DNA of 63,924 nucleotides, filler included, from It is 6 parts of 6 records of this genome, joined end to end, with 100 filler letters (N's around TTAATTAATTAA, not from the genome) between each part and the next. Parts side by side here need not be neighbours in the genome. Positions count along the whole stretch, not along the records: positions 13,405 to 38,031 come from SRR2962707_4760; 5 more parts are not named here. One strand, 5' to 3'. Shown piece by piece: positions 24,173 to 31,538 of this stretch (position 1 is its first letter; each line of letters starts with the position of its first letter). The notes under the pieces were generated by a model. It saw only the letters and a program-made list of their open reading frames with translations, ran no database searches and was not told where the DNA came from. The position numbers and the translations under genes were made by a program.

Positions 24173-26356
24173 TCAGTCACTGATCTTTTCAAAAACAGGA
24201 ATTGCGACCGCCCCGGCACCAATACGCGTGGTCTCGGGTACGTTTGCCAGCTGAAACGGATATTCAATGGGTGCGTTCCTGCTCCAGCTTCGGGCATCGC
24301 TGTCCCAGGTCTCGATGTGATCGGCTGCGGCGCGGGTGACGCACGGTGCGGCCACGCTTGTTCCGGCCATTCTGACCCATGAACCACTGCGAGATCCAGC
24401 GCTCAGCACGCCCAGCAAGACGTAACTATCGTCCCCTTTTGCTGCCAGATCGGGGCCCTTGCGGTCAACCTCATCTTGACCTTCATTCAATGGTCCGGCC
24501 GCAGAATAGGGCGATAGCAATTTCTGCTTGTCTGTATAGGCGGCAACCACGATGGGAGACTCCCCGCACGCAAAACCGTTGATGGTGCTGGATCGCCGAA
24601 CGGGAGACGCGGTGTGAACCGGATCCGTCGCCAAAGGCATGCCGTAACGGTCGAAACGCACATAATCCGGATTGGCGAAATAGGCCTGCCGGCCTCCGGC
24701 TGCATGGCTGCGCAAAGTCTCATCGCGCCGCACCCAGATGTGGATCGGCTGCCTTGGCGCATCCTCGTTTCGCGTAATCCTGATCTTCCAGACCCCGGAC
24801 GGAGCAAGAGCGGCGTGTTTCACGGTTTGGATCGTCGGTGTAATTGACAATGTCACCAGCCCTCGCCCGCTGAATTCAGCTCCCTCACGGTCGGTTGGTA
24901 CAGCTCTGTACGCATAAGACAAGCGTGCGATTTCCGAGTTGCCTCTTCGTGCAAAGCCATCACCTTTTCTGTCGATTTTCCCTTGAGCTTTTTTTCGCTT
25001 GGGGAACACCGCTTTCTGGCCGGGTTGGGTATCGATGGATAAGCTCCGCTTCTCTTGAAACGGCAGGGTCACCTCGATCTTGGCAAAATTCGGTTGATGA
25101 TCCTCCTGGCTTGGAGGCATCCAGATCTCGATATGGGTCGGGGTACGGTCATCGGGCAAAATACGCAGATCAAGTTCGATTTCATCATCTGCATGGGTGC
25201 CATCAGACCCTTCACCCTCAACCAGGGCATGCAGTTGACTGAGGTTGTCATTGCCGGCGGGCAGGACAAGCCACGCTTTCTGATCCGAGGATTTGCCGAA
25301 ATAGTATTCAAACAATGCTGCAAAGACCCCCGACCCATCATGAGGCCCACTGGTGTTGCCGTAAGAAAAATTGAAGACAACCGGTGCAAGCTTGCCTTCC
25401 GCTGTCTTGAACCGCCGAGCCTGTTTTACAAGCATATGGAATGCCAAAGCGGTGCTGGGCAACAGATCCAGACCTGATGTGTCGTCGACCAGACGCGACG
25501 GCAGGACGGCACAAATGATGGGACGGCTTTCATGTTGGTTTTCTTGGGTGGGAGTATTGCCGCAGTCGAGCGATCTTTGTTGCCCCGCAGCCAATGCGGC
25601 CACATGCGTCCCATGCGATCTGCGCAGCGCCACCGCAGAAAATATATCGTTGCCGAAGTCCACTTGTCCTGATCTCTGGTAGAAAAGGTCTTCGTCCAGG
25701 AAATCTCCAAAAGTGCAGTCCTCAAGAAGCTGAGCAATAGCGCCTTTATCCAGAACGCGACCAACGCTTGTGGGGAAATGGTTCTTCGCTGGCGTATCAA
25801 TCAGCTCGCTCTGCACCGGCTCCGCATCAAAAATATGGGCATAATAAATGCGGGTCGACGTGGGATCGGAGCGGAACAAATTGTGCGCGATGGCGATGCT
25901 GTCGTCCACGAAGGCTTGAACAACGGTGCAATCCGAAACCACTATATCGGACATTGGCGGGGCAGATGCGGCCGGATCCAGAAAACGCGCTGGCGTTATA
26001 GCGCCGGTATGAAGGGAGACCACGTATTTGTTGACCGCCTCGAGCTCTCCCTTGTTCAACCGATCGAGCAGCCATTTGCGAAAATAAAACACAACATATT
26101 GCATCTCTCCCTCTTCCTGAGGGACAGATTGTGGAGGTTCGCTTGCGCGGTAGGCAGACGGAAGGATGAAATCCCCGGAATATGGGGAAAGCGCGCCTGC
26201 AAATTCATCGATCGTGCAGTCTTTGAGCTCAATGAGAACTGACCACCAGGAATCGTCTGCGGCCTCCAGGGCATCGGATGTTGGCAGGTGCAGACGGAAA
26301 TCCGTAAGTTCGTCGATCACCGGACGAAAACGGGGTGGTTTTGCTTGCATAGCCAT
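24173..26356 (-). CDS. S8 (subtilisin-like) serine peptidase, cytoplasmic
   Basis: Asp in FVDDSIAIAH, His in HGTHVAALAAG, oxyanion PAGND and Ser in MAGTSVAAP. The likely start is ATG 26356, 1 nt after the upstream TGA. No signal peptide. Confidence 0.88.
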   Translation of the reverse strand: MAMQAKPPRFRPVIDELTDFRLHLPTSDALEAADDSWWSVLIELKDCTIDEFAGALSPYSGDFILPSAYRASEPPQSVPQEEGEMQYVVFYFRKWLLDRLNKGELEAVNKYVVSLHTGAITPARFLDPAASAPPMSDIVVSDCTVVQAFVDDSIAIAHNLFRSDPTSTRIYYAHIFDAEPVQSELIDTPAKNHFPTSVGRVLDKGAIAQLLEDCTFGDFLDEDLFYQRSGQVDFGNDIFSAVALRRSHGTHVAALAAGQQRSLDCGNTPTQENQHESRPIICAVLPSRLVDDTSGLDLLPSTALAFHMLVKQARRFKTAEGKLAPVVFNFSYGNTSGPHDGSGVFAALFEYYFGKSSDQKAWLVLPAGNDNLSQLHALVEGEGSDGTHADDEIELDLRILPDDRTPTHIEIWMPPSQEDHQPNFAKIEVTLPFQEKRSLSIDTQPGQKAVFPKRKKAQGKIDRKGDGFARRGNSEIARLSYAYRAVPTDREGAEFSGRGLVTLSITPTIQTVKHAALAPSGVWKIRITRNEDAPRQPIHIWVRRDETLRSHAAGGRQAYFANPDYVRFDRYGMPLATDPVHTASPVRRSSTINGFACGESPIVVAAYTDKQKLLSPYSAAGPLNEGQDEVDRKGPDLAAKGDDSYVLLGVLSAGSRSGSWVRMAGTSVAAPCVTRAAADHIETWDSDARSWSRNAPIEYPFQLANVPETTRIGAGAVAIPVFEKISD

Positions 26357-26357
26357 A

Positions 26358-27596
26358 TCACACCCCCAATTCACCATTTTTGGGCTCAAAGTCTTGCCAT
26401 TCAGACAGTGCTTTTCCCCAAAGCCAGGAAAGAATTTCCGACTTCTCGTTCGTGCCATCAGGCGAATGCATTTCCGACCTGAACCAGACGTCTTCATTTG
26501 ACTTGGCTGATTGATCGCCATCCGATGTTGTGGCCGAGCGTTTCATTTTTTCATGATCAGCGTCGTAAATTTTGTGCCAGTTGAAATCCTGCTTGCCGCC
26601 AAATTTTCGACCTTTGAACTGGGCTGAGGTCCAATCTCCGCCGACGCAAAGAGCGCCAATATGCTCCGCCAGTGTCAAGCCGAGCACAGCACCCGCAGCG
26701 CTGTCGACGGGAAAATGGACGCCAGCGACTGTGCGGTTGATGGCGATGCGGGCGGCCTGCCGCATCAGCATCTCACCCCATTGGCCGCCCTCGCAATATT
26801 GCTTTGCCCCGCTGGCGCGCAGAAGCTTCCAAATCAATCGAGCCATCAAGAACGCCTCTGTCGAGTGGCCACTGGGAAGAGATCCATGTGTCGGAGTGGG
26901 GATCATGGGCTGAATTTGCGGTGAAAACTCAATCGGTCGTTTGACCGCCAACGCATATTTGAACCGCTGCGTGACAAGGCCGGAAAAGCCAAGAGCGGCA
27001 AACAGGAATTCCAGCGTATAGGGAGTGCGAGCCGGGTCGATAAAGCCAATGCTGGCAAAAAAAGGCTCAGGGATGGTAAATTGCGATATCACTTCGCCTG
27101 CCCGATCCTGCCGGATTTGCGCATACCCTTCGACATGTTTCAGCTGTTCTTTCAGCATCTTGATATCCGGAGCCGTCATTTCGACCATGACGTCGTAGGT
27201 CTTTTCTACGTGTCTATTACGTCTCTCCTGGTCTTCGTCGGATTTGCCCCCGGAACAGCGCCATAAGATAGCTGTTGGCTTGTTTTTTGTGTGTTCGAAG
27301 CTGATGTCGATGCTGGTCGCCAATTCAGACTGATACAAGGCAGCACGAACTTCCGGTGCAAGCCGGGGTATGTTGCGGACATCATTGGCCAATCCGGCTT
27401 GGATATCGCCGACCGCTCCAAGGCTGGCGCCCGCGATGCCGTCGCGATTGGTCACGAGCGCCTGCGTCAAAAGTGGATTGCCTGCTCCGGGCGTGCCGTA
27501 GGCGCTGTAGGCGCTGTAGGCACTGTATGCGCTGTACGCGCTATAGGCACTGTAGGCGCTATATGCGCTGTAGGCACTCTGTGGAAGAATGGACAT
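26358..27596 (-). CDS. vanadium-haloperoxidase/PAP2-superfamily enzyme with N-terminal (SAY)9 repeat
   Basis: All three vanadate/phosphate-binding motifs are present: KYALAVKRP (Kx6RP), PTHGSLPSGHS and NRTVAGVHFPVD. AGGAG RBS upstream; no signal peptide. Confidence 0.88.
   Translation of the reverse strand: MSILPQSAYSAYSAYSAYSAYSAYSAYSAYSAYGTPGAGNPLLTQALVTNRDGIAGASLGAVGDIQAGLANDVRNIPRLAPEVRAALYQSELATSIDISFEHTKNKPTAILWRCSGGKSDEDQERRNRHVEKTYDVMVEMTAPDIKMLKEQLKHVEGYAQIRQDRAGEVISQFTIPEPFFASIGFIDPARTPYTLEFLFAALGFSGLVTQRFKYALAVKRPIEFSPQIQPMIPTPTHGSLPSGHSTEAFLMARLIWKLLRASGAKQYCEGGQWGEMLMRQAARIAINRTVAGVHFPVDSAAGAVLGLTLAEHIGALCVGGDWTSAQFKGRKFGGKQDFNWHKIYDADHEKMKRSATTSDGDQSAKSNEDVWFRSEMHSPDGTNEKSEILSWLWGKALSEWQDFEPKNGELGV
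27498..27578 (-). repeat. 9 x 9-bp coding tandem repeat encoding (Ser-Ala-Tyr)9
   Basis: Units AGY-GCN-TAY. Six different 9-mers, all differing only at synonymous third positions. Confidence 0.97.
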
Positions 27597-27626
27597 TGGT
27601 TTACACTCCTATCAAAATTGGCTCTT

Positions 27627-29642
27627 TCAGTTTGGGATGCCTATGGCCCGCAGCATTTCTGCCACTTGGAGACCATTTTTGTACGCTGCGCTGGGGGACG
27701 ATTTCAGCCAATGGCTAACGCGAAGATCAGGCTGATGTCTCAACAATTCAGTTGCTGTTTGACGGGCCTCGAGATGTTGACCGGCGCCTTCATAGGCGAC
27801 AGCCAAAGTCCGCAATGTGGAAACATGGGTGCGGTTCAAGCGCAGCGATTCCTTGGCGAGAATGACTGCACGGGGGAAATCCTGGGCGGAGATGTTTGCA
27901 CCCGCCGCGAGGGCAAGGAAAAAGAACCGGTGCGGATCAAGTGGGGTGAGATGCAGGGCGCGCTCGGTGTCGCGCTTCCCCTCCTGGCCGCGATCCTGAA
28001 ACGAGGCAAGCATGCCACGCAAGGCCAGAGCTTGCGGATCGTTGGGGTTGGATGCCAAGGCCAGATCGTATCGGATCTGGGCCTCTTCCAGGTCATGTGA
28101 CAGATGGGCCAACACCTGACCTTCGCAAACCAGAGCCAACGTATGATCCGGATCCAGATCAAGGGCGCGACTGGTAAGGTTGAGTGCCTCACGGGCCTCG
28201 CTTTGGACGTCATCCGACCACCCCTGGACCACCCGCAACACATGCCACCGGGCCAGCCAGGCAAGAGGAGCGGGATGGTTGGGAGCCTGGGAAATCACAT
28301 AATCCAGATAGCTGCGCGCAAGCTCAAACTCCGTGGGTGAGAGACGGTGCATCAGCCCCACCGCTCCATGCAGGACGCTGAACAGTTTCAGATCATGCAA
28401 CGGTCGGGACCTTACCCGCCGGACTTCATTCGCCAAAATCGCCTTACGGATTTTTCTGACGATATCTTGAACGCCATCACTTTCCCGCAAAAGCGGGTCA
28501 ATCGGCAATGTTATCCGGTCGGACCACAAGACGAACTGGCTCTCGGTTTCAGAGAATTCAAGAAGTACAATCGCTGCATTATCCCGCCGAAAAATAGTGC
28601 CGGACAACATGAAATCAGCGCTCAAAAGCTGGCCCAGGTCACGTAAGTCAAGGGTGGCTCCGCCCAGGTTTCCCGTCGACATGCGGGAAATGATATTCAG
28701 GTCTGTCGATCGGCTCAGGGCGTTGGATATTTCATCGGCCAGAAAAACGCCCAAGAATCTTTCCGGCGTATCAGGCAGCGCGGTAAAGGGGAGTATCGCA
28801 AGGGTTGGAAGGACATCCTTGAGGTCCAGTTGTGGACTGATTTTGGGGACATCGGCGCCGGTGGTCACACGAAAGGAGCGCAAGCCGCCTTGCCCGGAAG
28901 GATGGGCCAATTCGCCAAGGTCGTGAAAGGCCGCATCCACGCCTGGATGGACCATGGTTGCGACCTCAGGAGAGGCAAGGACATCGCCGTCTGCTGCAGT
29001 CTGCAGCAGTCTTTCGATCCTGGTTTCATCATCGGAAACATAATCCACCACAACAGCCCGTTGATGTGTCTTGCTCAGGTGCAAAGCGGCCTGCAAAGCT
29101 GTGCCGATGACATCATAGACAAGGATCGAAACAGGACCCGCACGAGCCGTCACCTTCAGCGGGCGCAATGCCGGTGGGAACGACGCCGCGGCACGCTCCG
29201 CTTCACTGTGTGGCAGGCCGATGGCCAAATGGGCTGTCTTCGCTGCTGAAAAATGATGCGTGACGTCGGCCAACATTGACGGCTCTGTGTCAGGCACCTC
29301 GGTTTGGATCGGTTCGCAATGCAATGCATACCCACGCTTGGGGACCGTCCTAATTATGCTCCGGTCCTCATCACCCAAGGTCCGCCGGATATCAGCGATA
29401 CATTGGGTCAGGCTGTCATCAGTGACTGCAATGCCATTCCAGACCACAGAAATCAGCTCGTCACGGGTTACCAGCGCTCCGCGGGCCTCGGCCAAGCGAA
29501 GCAGTACCAGAGCGGACTGTGAGCGCAGAAATATCTTTGCCCCGGCTGCCGATATGAGCTGCTTGGTGGCGACATGATAGACCATATCACCGATGCGAAG
29601 CCGGTCTGGCGTTCCGCTCCCATCGACCCGACTGTCACTCAC
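27627..29642 (-). CDS. wHTH (OmpR/CadC-type) + degenerate class III cyclase-like + TolB-N-like + TPR regulator
   Basis: LVTRDELISVVWNGIAVTDDSLTQCIADIRRTLGD...IRTVPKRGY (wHTH); A.DGDVLAS...FHDLGE...LRSFRV (cyclase C-terminal-like); PTLAILPF...LADEISNALSR...IISRMS (TolB-N-like); several TPRs (ALDLDPD, ALASNPN, ALHLTPLDP). Confidence 0.87.
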   Translation of the reverse strand: MSDSRVDGSGTPDRLRIGDMVYHVATKQLISAAGAKIFLRSQSALVLLRLAEARGALVTRDELISVVWNGIAVTDDSLTQCIADIRRTLGDEDRSIIRTVPKRGYALHCEPIQTEVPDTEPSMLADVTHHFSAAKTAHLAIGLPHSEAERAAASFPPALRPLKVTARAGPVSILVYDVIGTALQAALHLSKTHQRAVVVDYVSDDETRIERLLQTAADGDVLASPEVATMVHPGVDAAFHDLGELAHPSGQGGLRSFRVTTGADVPKISPQLDLKDVLPTLAILPFTALPDTPERFLGVFLADEISNALSRSTDLNIISRMSTGNLGGATLDLRDLGQLLSADFMLSGTIFRRDNAAIVLLEFSETESQFVLWSDRITLPIDPLLRESDGVQDIVRKIRKAILANEVRRVRSRPLHDLKLFSVLHGAVGLMHRLSPTEFELARSYLDYVISQAPNHPAPLAWLARWHVLRVVQGWSDDVQSEAREALNLTSRALDLDPDHTLALVCEGQVLAHLSHDLEEAQIRYDLALASNPNDPQALALRGMLASFQDRGQEGKRDTERALHLTPLDPHRFFFLALAAGANISAQDFPRAVILAKESLRLNRTHVSTLRTLAVAYEGAGQHLEARQTATELLRHQPDLRVSHWLKSSPSAAYKNGLQVAEMLRAIGIPN

Positions 29643-30550
29643 TCAAGTTCCCACCCCCCATTTACTGGTTTGTTCTTTGGCGTTGACCGATTGCAGACTT
29701 CGGTCTGGGCTTTTTGATCCTTTTTTCTATCAATCCATCGGTATCTGAACCCAAAATACTGTGTAATATGTTTTGCTTAGGCAAACAATAGAACCAATCT
29801 GCCTGCTTGGGAACAGGCGTACTCAATATTTACGGAACTCGAGGAATGGTGCGAGTTATTCAAAAATTGCTGAGTTTTTTTAGCGGGGCTATTAGATGTA
29901 TTCGCGCCGCTAATTTGAATTTCAGCGCGGAGTCATGCCGACGATGTGCATGCTCGATCGTTCGTTGTTTGTAACCATCGAAATTATATAGAAAAATGTT
30001 GTGCCGCTGTTTGCTTTTGACGACGCAACCTTCGCGCCTTGCATGTCTAACGGTGCGATTGCAGCGCGAAGATCAACAGCCCGGCGTGCCATGCTCCAGT
30101 TGATCAGCCACGATTTCCATGAACAACCGTCGTGTTTTTGCGCTTCCGGTACAATTGGGAAGTAGGGTTGGTCACTCGTCAATTGCTTGCGTGGCTTGGG
30201 AGGCTTCAGACAAACTGGTTGAGAATTTTCTCGGCAAGATGATCGAGGGAATCTTGATCAATCCAATTGGATTTTGCGCGCCATGCAATCCATTCAGGTT
30301 TGGCGAGCGAGCTAGATTCATCATGGTTCTTGTTTCGGCTTCAGCCTGAAAATCGATAAATCCATAGCTGATTAATTCGGATCGATTTCGCCTGTTTTCA
30401 GACCGCTATCAGGACATTTCAGATGGCTCCACCCTACACCTGTTGTCACGAGGCCCCGCTAAAGCCCACCGGGAAATGATCTCCAACAGATCGAACCCCA
30501 AAGGCATTGTTCAAGCTTCGAACCGCAACACCTTGGAAAGGGAAACTGAA

Positions 30551-31072
30551 ATGTCCAGAAGTTCCTCAACGACAATTGTAAACACCGTCAACAACGTGAC
30601 CATCTATGTCGACCAGGTTAACAAGGCCGGCAAGAGCATCGGCATGACACCGGTAAAGCCCGGCTCAAGTATTTCCGATGCGGCCCAGCAATTCGAAAAA
30701 GCCCTCCAAGCCAAACTCGTTTCAGATTTCAAAGCGATCTACAACGTGGATCTGACCCAGAACATTGATAACGGGTATGCCGGGCCTGTCAGCGCGATCA
30801 AGCCGGGCAATGCACCACAGTGTATTGTCGATCAGATCGAACAGGACCTCACCAACTGGAACCTGCCGATAACTGCCAATTTGCCGACGCAGATGGCTCA
30901 AACGATCACGCAGCATATCGTCAACCAGGGTGGCGTGGCTAACCATGCGGCCGGAACGCTGCAAGTGAACTCGAACGAAAAACTGCTTTGGATGGCATGG
31001 TTCGGTACTTTCGATATCGAAAATGACCAGCAGGGAGTGGTTTATGCCTTCGGTGCGAGCGTCTCGTTCTAG
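30551..31072 (+). CDS. hypothetical Asn/Gln-rich protein, possible Cyt/volvatoxin-like fold
   Basis: ATG with an AGGGA RBS; 173 aa; coding-like codon use; followed by a hairpin. The family assignment is tentative. Confidence 0.7.
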   Translation: MSRSSSTTIVNTVNNVTIYVDQVNKAGKSIGMTPVKPGSSISDAAQQFEKALQAKLVSDFKAIYNVDLTQNIDNGYAGPVSAIKPGNAPQCIVDQIEQDLTNWNLPITANLPTQMAQTITQHIVNQGGVANHAAGTLQVNSNEKLLWMAWFGTFDIENDQQGVVYAFGASVSF

Positions 31073-31087
31073 CGTCTAAACTGCAAA

Positions 31088-31113
31088 GTGGGGAGGACTG
31101 GAGTCCTTCCCAC
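31088..31113 (+). terminator. GC-rich hairpin after the orphan gene
   Basis: GTGGGGAGGAC-tgga-GTCCTTCCCAC, with no clear U tract. Confidence 0.45.
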
Positions 31114-31538
31114 CCCTGCGGCGCTCAAGAGGTTCCGGACTTTGATGGTGCAATTTTTCCCTTGGAATAAAGGGAAGCACTATGGGCCATATTTCACACG
31201 GCAGCGCCACTCCGTCAGAGGCAACCCGTCGGGCAATTTATAGAGCCCGAAGTTTTTTAAGAGTAGATCCTGTGATCGATGGATCAAACGGTATGTCACC
31301 GGAGGGGCCAAAGCTGGCTCAATTCTCCACGGTTCAGAGATTGATGACGGCAGGGGCACCAAGCAATGATCTTCGACCCGGATTGAACAAGATCTGATCA
31401 AGTGAAGGCAAACAACTGTTAACCACCGCAGCATGTTCTGCGAAAGAACAATCGTAAAACGCGCAATTATCTCTTTGCTAAACAGAATAAACATTAGCTC
31501 GTGCTGTAATATGGATGTTGCACACAAAGGGATAGCCC

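Noticed and set aside
26357-26521. N-terminal extension of the S8 ORF (MAINQP...) overlapping the PAP2/VHPO gene
   Set aside because: It would overlap the upstream gene by about 165 nt. ATG 26356, immediately after the upstream stop, is the more plausible start.
27498-27578. CRISPR array or phase-variable repeat
   Set aside because: The 9-bp units have no spacers and no cas genes are present. The unit length preserves frame and the variation is synonymous.
29643-30550. Small ORFs or a precursor peptide in the 900-bp gap next to the SAY operon
   Set aside because: The short ORFs lack clear RBSs or recognisable features. I treat it as a divergent regulatory region, though an sRNA cannot be excluded.
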